A stretch of 64,000 bases of DNA. It comes from a virus. Shown piece by piece: positions 20,213 through 29,653 of this stretch; within the stretch, counting starts at the first letter, position 1; each line of letters opens with the position of its first letter. The position numbers were made by a program, and so were the translations under genes. The stretch spans positions 27,412 through 91,411 of the IMG/VR virus record IMGVR_UViG_3300017951_000010; one strand, written 5' to 3'. A model generated the notes under the pieces. It did not search any database. It had not been told where the DNA came from and saw only the letters and a list, made by a program, of their open reading frames with translations.

Positions 20213-21148
20213 ATGAGATCACTTATAACAGGTTGCCAAGGTTTCATAGGCAAAAATCTAGCACAGCATCTAAAAAAACAAGGACATCATGTCACTGGAA
20301 TCGATAAAAAACTAAAAGTGGGTGATCCTGTTTTTGTTGATGATTTTGTAGGACACGACATGGAGTCAAGAATTACAATAGACAACGACTTTGACAGGAT
20401 ATATCACCTGAGTGCTGACGTGCCAAATTCAAAAAATGTTGGATCAGCTCAACTTGGCACTGGCAGAAGTAACCCTATTCAGACAATACAAGCAATGGAT
20501 TTTGCGGCTAAAAATAAATCACATTTTATATATGCTGTGTCTGCCATGATATACAACACTAGTTTTCAAGGTCATAACGGACCTGACCTTAATGAAGATG
20601 AACACATATGGCCTGCACAGCCGGCTGGCAATATATACGGAATGGAAAAATTATACAACATGCAATTGGCACAAGAATACGCAAAAAGTTATGGCATGAA
20701 AATTTCGTTACCTATATTCCACGCCATGTACGGTCCACACTGTGATGTGCTTGAAAATTCTAAAGTTGTAGCGGCAACTTGCCTAAAAATAATCAAAGCC
20801 AATGATCCTGGAGAAATTGAAATTTGGGGTGACGGAACGCAAATTAGATCCTTCTGCTACATTGATGACTTGATGATAGGGCTTGACAAATTAATTGAAA
20901 ATGACGTGCAAATACCAATCAACATGGGATCAGATGAAGCGATCACCATGAACCAATTAGCAGACATGCTGATCGACATATCAGGGAAAAAAATAAAAAA
21001 GACATACCTTCCATCCGGACCGGCTGGTTGTATGCGAAGAAATTCTGACAATACGAAAATTAAAAAATTGACAGGCTGGAAGCCAAACTATCCACTCCTA
21101 GAAGGACTGAAAAAAACATACGAATACGTACAGACAGTAGTAAAATGA
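20213..21148 (+). CDS. NAD-dependent sugar epimerase (GDP-mannose 3,5-epimerase-like)
   Basis: ITGCQGFIG, YGMEK, IWGDGTQIRSFCYIDD, RRNSDN; ATG 20213 lies 5 nt after TAAATA. Confidence 0.8.
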   Translation: MRSLITGCQGFIGKNLAQHLKKQGHHVTGIDKKLKVGDPVFVDDFVGHDMESRITIDNDFDRIYHLSADVPNSKNVGSAQLGTGRSNPIQTIQAMDFAAKNKSHFIYAVSAMIYNTSFQGHNGPDLNEDEHIWPAQPAGNIYGMEKLYNMQLAQEYAKSYGMKISLPIFHAMYGPHCDVLENSKVVAATCLKIIKANDPGEIEIWGDGTQIRSFCYIDDLMIGLDKLIENDVQIPINMGSDEAITMNQLADMLIDISGKKIKKTYLPSGPAGCMRRNSDNTKIKKLTGWKPNYPLLEGLKKTYEYVQTVVK

Positions 21149-22017
21149 AACTAGAAATATGGACGGACTACGGTCCATTGAATTCAAAACCAATTTTTCA
21201 CGCATTCATCCAAAGCGTTCGTGACGCCGGAGACCAAGTTTACGAAAATAGGTCGACCAACGCCGACGTGGCTGTAATATGGAGCGTGTTATGGCGAGGC
21301 AGGATGCAATCTTACAGACCAATCTGGGAAAAGTACAGGACAGAAGGCAAACCGGTCGTTGTCATAGAAGTGGGCGGTCTAAGACGCAATCAAAGTTTCA
21401 AGATAGGAATCAATGGCATAAACAGAGATGCAGATTTTGCCAATCAAGAGTTTGATGACAAACGTTGGCCATTGTTTAGACACGAATTGAAGCCGTGGAA
21501 TCCAACAGGAGAGATGATAGTAATATGTGGACAACATGATCAATCGGAACAATGGAAGGGGTTACCTAGAATGGGCACCTGGATCAAAAACCAAATTGCA
21601 GAAATCAGAAAATACACATCTCGTCCAATACTAGTGAGGCCACATCCACGAAATCAGATCCCATTTAAGGAAAGTGATTTCAAGAACGTCAAAGTACGTC
21701 TGCCGAGGCGAGACTACAAAACATACGACGACACAGACTTCAAGGCTGTGCTAGGCCGTGCGTGGGCAATCATCAACCATAGTTCTAATCCTGCCATAGA
21801 GTCAGTGATAAACGGAGTTCCGGTGTTTGTATCGCAATCTAGTTTATGCCATGATGTGGGTAACTTATCAATTTCAGACATAAACACACCTGCTATGCCA
21901 AATAGAATGCAGTGGGCCAACAGGCTTGCCTACACTGAATGGTTCGAAGACGAGATTAGACAGGGATTGCCATGGCAAAGAATCAAAAAACGACTGCAGG
22001 AGAAATACCTCAAATGA
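21145..22017 (+). CDS. capsule-synthesis-like GT-B glycosyltransferase paralog
   Basis: IEVG, ICGQHD, VRPHPR, INHSSNPAIESVINGVPV, LAYTEW. Confidence 0.65.
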   Translation: MKLEIWTDYGPLNSKPIFHAFIQSVRDAGDQVYENRSTNADVAVIWSVLWRGRMQSYRPIWEKYRTEGKPVVVIEVGGLRRNQSFKIGINGINRDADFANQEFDDKRWPLFRHELKPWNPTGEMIVICGQHDQSEQWKGLPRMGTWIKNQIAEIRKYTSRPILVRPHPRNQIPFKESDFKNVKVRLPRRDYKTYDDTDFKAVLGRAWAIINHSSNPAIESVINGVPVFVSQSSLCHDVGNLSISDINTPAMPNRMQWANRLAYTEWFEDEIRQGLPWQRIKKRLQEKYLK

Positions 22018-22775
22018 CAATAATAAACTTAGGAAAAATGAATGAAATACTACCGATAGAATTTGAAACGTACAAAGGCGAGACCATTGTTGTTAAGACA
22101 ATCATAAGGGGCGGTAAAAAAATACAGGAAACAGGATACTACGAAGACAAAGTCAAAAACAAGCCGAGAGGCAATGCCTACGTGATAGGTAACGGTCCAT
22201 CGAGGAAAGGTTTCGACCTCAACACACTCAAAGCCACAGGACAAACTTACGGATGCAATGCCCTGTACAGAGACTTCTTGCCAGATTTTATCTTTAGCGT
22301 GGATACAAAAATCACAATGAAAATGGTAGAGGACGAGGTGGGTCTCAAGACAAATCATTATGCACCTGCTCTCGAAGTCAACAGGAAACAATCAAAAGGC
22401 ATGCTACACCTCATACCACACAATCCTCACTGGATATCAGGCAACGCCGCGTTCTGGACTGCATGTGTGCATGGGCACAGAAACATTTACCTAATAGGTT
22501 TTGATTTCAGAGAATACGGCAAGGGCGAACTGAACAATATCTACCAGGACACGGAAAACTACGGCGAGAGGCATAGTGATGCCATATTTGAACAGTGGTT
22601 GAAACAATTTAGGGATCACCTGAAGATGAGACCTTACTGCCATTTTACTATTGTTCACGACAACCCACCGGATTTCCTTAACTACTTGCAGACAGGAACA
22701 GATCTTGGAAATTCCAGTCTAATGACTTACAAGGAATTTAACGATAAAGTTTTAAAAAAGCAGACTGAAACTTAG
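22014..22775 (+). CDS. DUF115/Maf/Cst-like nucleotide-sugar transferase
   Basis: IGNGPSR, YGCNALYRD, SG, IYLIGFD, NNIY. Confidence 0.6.
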   Translation: MTIINLGKMNEILPIEFETYKGETIVVKTIIRGGKKIQETGYYEDKVKNKPRGNAYVIGNGPSRKGFDLNTLKATGQTYGCNALYRDFLPDFIFSVDTKITMKMVEDEVGLKTNHYAPALEVNRKQSKGMLHLIPHNPHWISGNAAFWTACVHGHRNIYLIGFDFREYGKGELNNIYQDTENYGERHSDAIFEQWLKQFRDHLKMRPYCHFTIVHDNPPDFLNYLQTGTDLGNSSLMTYKEFNDKVLKKQTET

Positions 22776-23205
22776 GTCTAAAAGCATAGAAGTTTTAATT
22801 GTGATTTGAATAAGGATCCTTCAATACAGTCATCTGATACAGATGCACCATCTCATGAGCAAGTTTTTCGATAAAGTCTTTCCATGTAGGAAATTTACAA
22901 TGTAGTTGTATGTAATATCCTTCAACAATATGATGTGGCAATTTGCGTTGATTAAATCTTCCTGCTGGTGCATGTCTGCCATCCCAATGAGCCACACATC
23001 TGCCCCAGTCCTTGTGTAACTTTTTGATTTCAATATGAACACGCCCTAATCTATTACCAAAAAGCACTGTGTTTAATTTGGTAAACCAATGTGCAACTGC
23101 CATCCCTGTAGGTTTATACTCTCGGACGTCGCCCCTGGTCTCAAGGTTCCGTTGCAGTTGTTTTCTAAAACTTTTTATTCTACTATGTGTTTTCTTTCTT
23201 TGCAT
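22738..23205 (-). pseudogene. SprT-like zinc metalloprotease with an in-frame TAA near the C-terminus
   Basis: LAHEMVH; TAA at 22795-22797 interrupts HN*NFYAFRPKF and the frame stays open to 22738. Confidence 0.55.
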
Positions 23206-23207
23206 GG

Positions 23208-23235
23208 TTGACAAAATTACCAATTATTGTATAAT
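23208..23235 (+). promoter_or_regulatory. consensus sigma70-type (early) promoter
   Basis: TTGACA 23208-23213, 16-nt spacer, TATAAT 23230-23235, upstream of the helicase module. Confidence 0.75.
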
Positions 23236-23271
23236 GTACTAATAATTATCTAAATTACCAGGTTTATAAAA

Positions 23272-24600
23272 ATGTCAGATATGCCAAAAACAATTAACGA
23301 AGCCCTTAAAATATTAGCATATAATGATTATCTATGGGGTGACCCCACAAAAAAGGCAATAAATGCCCATCCTAAGGACAGAGCAACTGTGTCATCATTA
23401 GCAGAATCACAATATGCGTGGACTGAAAAACAGGCAAGGCTGGCACTCGTAATACTGAAAAGATATCTCACGAAGTTTCAAGCACATGGCATGGATATAA
23501 AATCTCTGCTTGATGATCCCAAGTATGACGAACAATTCCGTGAAATCAATTTTAAAAAAACAATACAATACATCTCAATAGAAGATGAAGAATTGATAGA
23601 AGTACGATTTCCTTATCACAAAAAAGTCATCCAACTGATACGATGCCTCAAGGATAAAAGAGACCTCCCTGCAGGCTATTCCTCGTATGATGGTGAGTCA
23701 AAAAAATGGTTGTTCAAAAAAACAGATGTGACAACATACTACCTTACATTAATTGCGGCACGATATGATTTTGAATTTTTAGATAAAAAAATAATTAAAG
23801 ACTACGACAACATCAATAAATCTATTAAAAATCATAAAATACCTACTGCCACCATTGTTGGCGAACAAGTTTGCTTGTCCCACGCTCCGGAATCCATGCT
23901 GTCTTACTGGCAAGATACTCAGCAAGACAAACCTTTGTTGCATCAAATAGATGCATTGAAAAATATCCGAGTTGATGCCACACAACTTGTTTGCAGTGCT
24001 GAGAATCAACTGGCCTTAAAAATTGCCAATAACAACCACCATAAGTTATGGATAGATTCGAAAACATACTCCAAACAAGAAGTGGTGAGGAGTTTGTTTG
24101 AATTGGATGCCTTTCCTTTGGTAATGCCTTGCCATAGTGATTTACAGGAAGAAAATGAAGTAGAAGAATTTTGGGAGTGGCTTAACGTATTCAAAATAAA
24201 CGGGATCGACATACTCAAAGATTGTTCTTGGGGATTTGACCTCCGCGAACCTATATACAGGAAAGATGTGGAAAGGAACAATGAAAGAACTTATCTGATT
24301 GACAGCACAAAGTCGAGACAGTTTTTCGAAAACTTGTATGAACTGCACCAGATGAGCAAACAATTTAAATTTATCGATAAAAAAACCAAAATACTTTTTG
24401 TAAGGAACAGGATACCACGTGCATTAATCAAGAGCAAGATACAACCAAAAACATCTCTAATAGCGTTAGGTGGTGGTTATTATGCTGGTGGCACAGAGAA
24501 TCTGAAAAGACTGCTTGAAAATCTTCCAAAAAAGTTGTATTATAGTGATCACCAACCGAGTAGTTGGGACTGGAATGATCGCATTATACAAAAAATTTAA
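23272..24600 (+). CDS. hypothetical protein upstream of UvsW
   Basis: 442-aa ORF abutting the helicase start. Confidence 0.7.
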   Translation: MSDMPKTINEALKILAYNDYLWGDPTKKAINAHPKDRATVSSLAESQYAWTEKQARLALVILKRYLTKFQAHGMDIKSLLDDPKYDEQFREINFKKTIQYISIEDEELIEVRFPYHKKVIQLIRCLKDKRDLPAGYSSYDGESKKWLFKKTDVTTYYLTLIAARYDFEFLDKKIIKDYDNINKSIKNHKIPTATIVGEQVCLSHAPESMLSYWQDTQQDKPLLHQIDALKNIRVDATQLVCSAENQLALKIANNNHHKLWIDSKTYSKQEVVRSLFELDAFPLVMPCHSDLQEENEVEEFWEWLNVFKINGIDILKDCSWGFDLREPIYRKDVERNNERTYLIDSTKSRQFFENLYELHQMSKQFKFIDKKTKILFVRNRIPRALIKSKIQPKTSLIALGGGYYAGGTENLKRLLENLPKKLYYSDHQPSSWDWNDRIIQKI

Positions 24601-26064
24601 ATGAGCAGTTGTAAATTAGTAATAAAAGACGAAGTAAATGTGAAGTTTGAGAATCTATCTCTCGAATGGCGCAAAAGACTGTCAAACAAATTCAAATATG
24701 AGATACCATATGCAAGGCATCTGCCAGCAGTGAAATTGGGCAGATGGGATGGTAAGGTAAGTTTCTTTGGATTGGGAGGCACCACGTACCTCAACCTAGT
24801 TGACCAAATACTTCCTATACTAGAAGAAGGCGGCGTATATGTGGACTTCGAAGACAGACGTCAACAACACAATTATGAATTTAAAAAAGTAGACAAGGAC
24901 TACTTGTCGCACATCACGTGGCCAGACAATCATCCGTGTGCAGGACAGAAATTACAACTTCGTGACTACCAAGTTGAAACCATAAACAAGTTTATAGAGA
25001 ATCCTCAGTGCATACAGGAGATTGCCACGGGAGCAGGTAAAACTATAATCACAGCGGCATTGTGTCAATTGGTTGAACCATACGGACGTACATTGACTAT
25101 TGTTCCAAACAAAAGTTTAGTGACTCAGACAGAGGAAGACTTTCTCACCTGTAATTTAGATACTGGCGTGTACTATGGTGACAGGAAGGAACTTGGTAGG
25201 TACAATACAATCGCGACATGGCAGAGCTTGAACGTTCTGGAAAAGAAAGCCAAAGACGAACACACAACAGAGTTCCTTGAAGCAATACAAGGCATCAACA
25301 CAATAATAATTGATGAGGTGCACATGGCAAAAGCAGACGTGTTGAAGAGATTATTGACTGGTCCATTTGCACACTGTGGCATACGTTGGGGTCTCACAGG
25401 TACTGTACCAAAGGCAGATTATGAATTCATGGGCCTGAAATGTAGCATCGGTGAGGTTGCAAATAAAATACAGGCCAGTGAACTACAGGAGAAAGGTGTG
25501 TTGGCAAACTGCCACGTGAATGTGTTGCAGACACAGGACCATCCACAGTTCAAAACATATGGAGAAGAATTGAAATGGTTAACCACAGACCAAACAAGAA
25601 TGACTTGGGTAGCACAGACAATACAAAGTATCTCAACATCAGGGAATACTTTGATACTAGTAGATAGAATAAGTGCAGGTGAAATACTAGAGAAGAAATT
25701 AAAGGACTCAGTGTTTGTGTCTGGGTCAACAAAAAACACAGATAGAAAGGAGCAGTACGATGAAGTATCTACTAGCCAAAATAAAATTATTATTGCCACA
25801 TATGGAGTTGCCGCTGTTGGCATTAATATTCCTAGGATTTTTAATCTTGTCCTAATAGAGCCAGGTAAGTCATTTGTGAGGGTGATACAGAGCATAGGTC
25901 GTGGGATCAGAAAAGCAGAGGACAAGGACAGTGTGCAGATCTGGGACATTACCAGCAGTTGCAAGTTTGCAAAAAGACACCTGGGGGCGAGGAAAAAGTT
26001 TTACAAAGAAGCCAATTATCCATACAAGATAGAAAAGATAAATTATGAAAACAATTTTAATTGA
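24601..26064 (+). CDS. uvsW: UvsW-like superfamily 2 helicase
   Basis: LRDYQ, ATGAGKT, DEVH, GLTGT, QSIGRGIR. Confidence 0.92.
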   Translation: MSSCKLVIKDEVNVKFENLSLEWRKRLSNKFKYEIPYARHLPAVKLGRWDGKVSFFGLGGTTYLNLVDQILPILEEGGVYVDFEDRRQQHNYEFKKVDKDYLSHITWPDNHPCAGQKLQLRDYQVETINKFIENPQCIQEIATGAGKTIITAALCQLVEPYGRTLTIVPNKSLVTQTEEDFLTCNLDTGVYYGDRKELGRYNTIATWQSLNVLEKKAKDEHTTEFLEAIQGINTIIIDEVHMAKADVLKRLLTGPFAHCGIRWGLTGTVPKADYEFMGLKCSIGEVANKIQASELQEKGVLANCHVNVLQTQDHPQFKTYGEELKWLTTDQTRMTWVAQTIQSISTSGNTLILVDRISAGEILEKKLKDSVFVSGSTKNTDRKEQYDEVSTSQNKIIIATYGVAAVGINIPRIFNLVLIEPGKSFVRVIQSIGRGIRKAEDKDSVQIWDITSSCKFAKRHLGARKKFYKEANYPYKIEKINYENNFN

Positions 26065-26749
26065 TGGTTGTAGTTATGGTTTAATTTTTAGCCATCATTT
26101 GATAAAGCCTTTTTTCAATGAAAAGTTTGGAGCAAGTAACATCGTTAATATAAGCAAAACAGGTGCTTCGTTTGATACCCAAATCAAAAACTTAATAGAA
26201 ACTTTGTCTGTTGGTGACAGACCAGATTTGATACTTATTCCGGTCACTCATATGACCAGATACGATGAACCTGTTAGTAAGAAATTTGATCCTGCTTTGG
26301 CCTATGATTGGCCTTTGTGTGTTTCAATGGATCCTTTTAAAGATAAACAAAATCTAAATTCAAGATTTCAATCAAAGTTTAATTTAGATTTCATCAATGG
26401 CCTGTTGAAAACTAAAACCATGCTATACAACGATGTAACTAGTTTTAACAACCTTTTGGTAAAAATAATCACTTTATCGGCTTTCCTAAAAAGCAATGGG
26501 TACAGGTATGTAATATTCAATATGTGTAATAACTTCAAAAAGTTGCGTGACATAAATTTTAATAAAACCAAATTAATACAAGACGATGTGAATGTTATGG
26601 AACTATTTGACTTTTGTGGTAATGAATATATGCATCAATTTTCAAAGGGTATACCTCAGGAACAAAAGTATTTTCATCATTATGAGGAACATGAAAATAT
26701 TCAATTGTTAAATTATATCAATTCCTATATAATAAAAAACAATATATGA
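26045..26749 (+). CDS. AT-rich SGNH-like protein
   Basis: IDGCSY, NISKTGAS, late HH; very low GC (13/60 in line 26521-26580). Confidence 0.55.
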   Translation: MKTILIDGCSYGLIFSHHLIKPFFNEKFGASNIVNISKTGASFDTQIKNLIETLSVGDRPDLILIPVTHMTRYDEPVSKKFDPALAYDWPLCVSMDPFKDKQNLNSRFQSKFNLDFINGLLKTKTMLYNDVTSFNNLLVKIITLSAFLKSNGYRYVIFNMCNNFKKLRDINFNKTKLIQDDVNVMELFDFCGNEYMHQFSKGIPQEQKYFHHYEEHENIQLLNYINSYIIKNNI

Positions 26750-27249
26750 AAATCCTTACACTTGATGACAGAACCTACAAACTGGAAAAGATCCCGGAAT
26801 GGGTAGATGAGAACTTGAGATTTGCAGTTTTGGACAACTCGGATCCAAGCAATCCAGATTTCTTTTACATTCCGTTGATCTTCTTAGAAAGTTTCAATGC
26901 GCCCGCGGCGGTTCTCGAAATTGGCGAACACAGAATCAAAATGCCTCTTGACTGGAAGATGCTGATAGGTGAAGCAGGACAACAGGAAATGCATCTCTTA
27001 CCTATCACGAGTTTGAACGATAGAGGATTCGATGCATTCACGTTCAATCCTTTATCAAGTGCAAAACCAGAATTCCTACCAATAGACATAGTTGATATAT
27101 ACACCGAGGTCAAATGGTACTTCCCAAAAATAAAGTCAGGGCAGATGTTGGCCGTGCCACTAACTGATGGTGCAAAACCTCTATGTGCCTACTTTGTAAA
27201 AGATATTTCCAGACAATGTGAACAGGTTGACTATGGCTCGGTATGGTAA
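26746..27249 (+). CDS. hypothetical beta-rich protein in the replication module
   Basis: 167-aa ORF with coupled start/stop overlaps. Confidence 0.65.
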   Translation: MKILTLDDRTYKLEKIPEWVDENLRFAVLDNSDPSNPDFFYIPLIFLESFNAPAAVLEIGEHRIKMPLDWKMLIGEAGQQEMHLLPITSLNDRGFDAFTFNPLSSAKPEFLPIDIVDIYTEVKWYFPKIKSGQMLAVPLTDGAKPLCAYFVKDISRQCEQVDYGSVW

Positions 27250-27478
27250 AAAATCAATCCATATAGAAGCACCTATATTAAAAATCCAAAACAAATATGT
27301 GTGGATGGAGGAAGAATGGATAAAAGATTTTATGGGTTGGCTTAACCAAAATAATTTCCGTATTACAGGTTTACAACACATGAACAAGAAACTAAAATTA
27401 ACATTTAAAACAGCAAAGGACTGTACAATTTTTGGATTAAAATATGCCGGGAAAGACAAACAAAAAAAAGTTTTTTGA
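27233..27478 (+). CDS. hypothetical protein
   Basis: Short ORF filling the gap, with overlaps at both ends. Confidence 0.5.
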   Translation: MARYGKKSIHIEAPILKIQNKYVWMEEEWIKDFMGWLNQNNFRITGLQHMNKKLKLTFKTAKDCTIFGLKYAGKDKQKKVF

Positions 27479-27911
27479 CCTAAGGAACGGCCTTAAGGCT
27501 GTTGATTTTAGAAATAAAAACTACTACGACAGGGTCGACGACGAAGAAAAAAATTTGTATTCACCTTTCATGTTAATGAGATACGTGTCAACGGTGTCGT
27601 CAAAGGACAGATTTTATACAGAACACTATGTTGAAATGGTGAATGAATGTGTAAACAAAAACATGAAAAATTTACAATGGTACAAAGCACACAAAAAATT
27701 AGCATGGATTTTAACTTCTATGTGCGGTGCACTACAACAGCAGTTTCACCCATGGATAAAACCAATGAAACGTGTAACAAATAAAAGCCTAGATCAATTG
27801 AAGTCAATATACCCCACATGGCACACAGATGACCTCGAGGCTTTAGACAAAGTACTGACCGACAAAGAACTAGAGGAGTTGTTGGAGGAACATGGCATCG
27901 AGTCAAAATAA
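27444..27911 (+). CDS. clamp loader small subunit-like (T4 gp62-like)
   Basis: YSPFMLMRY, EMVNE, FHPWIKP and C-terminal LTDKELEELL pattern. Confidence 0.6.
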   Translation: MPGKTNKKKFFDLRNGLKAVDFRNKNYYDRVDDEEKNLYSPFMLMRYVSTVSSKDRFYTEHYVEMVNECVNKNMKNLQWYKAHKKLAWILTSMCGALQQQFHPWIKPMKRVTNKSLDQLKSIYPTWHTDDLEALDKVLTDKELEELLEEHGIESK

Positions 27912-28578
27912 ATGCACGTACTGTGGCAAGAACTTTGCAAAGGCAAGGACACTTCAAGTACACTTATGTGAACCAAAACGCAGATATTTACAACGTGATG
28001 AAAAATGGGTAGTGAATGCTTTCATGGTATTCCAAAGGTTCTATCAAATTCATCAACACGGTTCAAAACTTAAAACCTATGATGATTTTGTCAAAAGTGC
28101 ATACTATAATGCATTTGTAAAATTTGGCAGGTACATCATGCACATAAATCCGTTGTATCCAGAAAAATATATCGACTATGTGCTTCGCTCAAAAATTAAA
28201 TTAGATCATTGGGCAAGAGATGATTTATACGAAGTATACTTGATTGAAACATTAAAAACTGAACCAGTTGAAGCGGCCCTCCAAAGGAGCATCACAACAA
28301 TGATGGATTGGGCAAACGAACAAAACGCACAATGGTCAGACTATTTCAGATTGGTTAACACTAACAGAGCGGTAGCTCATATACAACAGGGAAAAATAAG
28401 TCCGTGGTTGTTGCTCGGTTGCAATGCAGGCAAAAGGATGTTAAAATCATTCAACGACGAACAATTACAAATGATAGAAAAATTTATAAATCCAAGTTTC
28501 TGGCCAAGCAAGTTGAAAAGTTATCCAGCAGATCACATGCTGGTGCAAGACACAGCAAGAGAGGCCAAAATTGTCTAA
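27892..28578 (+). CDS. zinc-finger protein of unknown function
   Basis: N-terminal CTYCGKNF...HLCE; GKISPW. Confidence 0.65.
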   Translation: MASSQNKCTYCGKNFAKARTLQVHLCEPKRRYLQRDEKWVVNAFMVFQRFYQIHQHGSKLKTYDDFVKSAYYNAFVKFGRYIMHINPLYPEKYIDYVLRSKIKLDHWARDDLYEVYLIETLKTEPVEAALQRSITTMMDWANEQNAQWSDYFRLVNTNRAVAHIQQGKISPWLLLGCNAGKRMLKSFNDEQLQMIEKFINPSFWPSKLKSYPADHMLVQDTAREAKIV

Positions 28579-28804
28579 GATCAAATTAGAAATAAATGAC
28601 GATTTGAAATTTGAAGATGGCGACTGTGCTGTGATTATCAAGGATGATGGATCTATAGGAAGAGTGATAATGCCGGATATGGACAAAGACTACTTGAATA
28701 CAGAAGGTTACAGAAAACTGCTTGATGTCATTGAGGTGTTGGATCCAGGAAGCAAAGAACAGTTCATCAAATACAATGAGAAAAACAAAGGGAGTGTACA
28801 CTAA
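28571..28804 (+). CDS. small acidic hypothetical protein
   Basis: 77 aa; stop overlaps the ATG of the minimal DnaE. Confidence 0.55.
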   Translation: MSKIKLEINDDLKFEDGDCAVIIKDDGSIGRVIMPDMDKDYLNTEGYRKLLDVIEVLDPGSKEQFIKYNEKNKGSVH

Positions 28805-29394
28805 TGCCTGACGTAGACATAGACTTCTATGACAGAGACGGTGTGCTGAAACTGTTCAAACACACACCAGCAACAATCATAAAAGACAACAAGGCAGAAA
28901 AACATAAAACAGGTGTTTACTTTCATGCTTGTCCGGAACACCCTGTTACGGGACACAGCACTCTGGACTACAAAAAGGCCGAGGACAGAGGATATTTTAA
29001 AATAGACATGTTGAATGTGAACATCTATAAAGATGTCAAATCTGAACAAGAATTGGTAGAGTTGATGATACAGGAACCAGATTGGGACATGCTTAAAAAT
29101 CCAAAGACTGTTGAGAAACTTTTCCACCTAAACGGCCATTACAACATCGTTTCAAAGTTGGAGCCACGAAATATTGAACAACTTGCGGCTGTACTAGCAA
29201 TCATACGTCCTGCAAAAAGGCATCTAATGTACAAGGACTGGAAAGATATATTGAACGAAGTATGGATTCGTCCAACCGATGGATCTTATTTTTTCAAGAA
29301 GTCCCACGCCATAGCATATGCACAGGCCATAGTTGTCCAAATGAATTTACTGAGCAGAGCTAAATATAGTTTTGATGCAACATCAAAAAACTAA
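28804..29394 (+). CDS. minimal DnaE (Pol III alpha) catalytic-core protein
   Basis: PDVDIDF, KHKTGVY, GYFKIDML, LAIIRP, FKKSHAIAYA in 196 aa. Confidence 0.8.
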   Translation: MPDVDIDFYDRDGVLKLFKHTPATIIKDNKAEKHKTGVYFHACPEHPVTGHSTLDYKKAEDRGYFKIDMLNVNIYKDVKSEQELVELMIQEPDWDMLKNPKTVEKLFHLNGHYNIVSKLEPRNIEQLAAVLAIIRPAKRHLMYKDWKDILNEVWIRPTDGSYFFKKSHAIAYAQAIVVQMNLLSRAKYSFDATSKN

Positions 29395-29653
29395 AAGACT
29401 TAGAAAAAAACTTCCAATACAGATCAAAGACCTAGGTGATACCCAAGCAGTGGTCGACTTGTCTGCATTCTTATCGGCTCAAGTAAAGGCAGGCAACAAG
29501 TACAACGTAAAGGTGCTTAACAAAGAAGGACAACTAGATCAACATTTTGTCGATGTTGAACTGCCATACTGGCAGGAAATTTGGGCTCCGAGGGGAATAA
29601 AGATTAGATATGATCGCAGACAGCGATCTTTTTTTTTGACTGTGATTAGGTAG
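29375..29653 (+). CDS. hypothetical protein
   Basis: ATG 29375 lies 8 nt after TAAATA 29361-29366. Confidence 0.5.
   Translation: MQHQKTKRLRKKLPIQIKDLGDTQAVVDLSAFLSAQVKAGNKYNVKVLNKEGQLDQHFVDVELPYWQEIWAPRGIKIRYDRRQRSFFLTVIR

Noticed and set aside
22795-22797. Stop-codon reassignment
   Set aside because: Only one internal stop was seen; TAA, TAG and TGA all end genes normally, and there is no suppressor tRNA among the four
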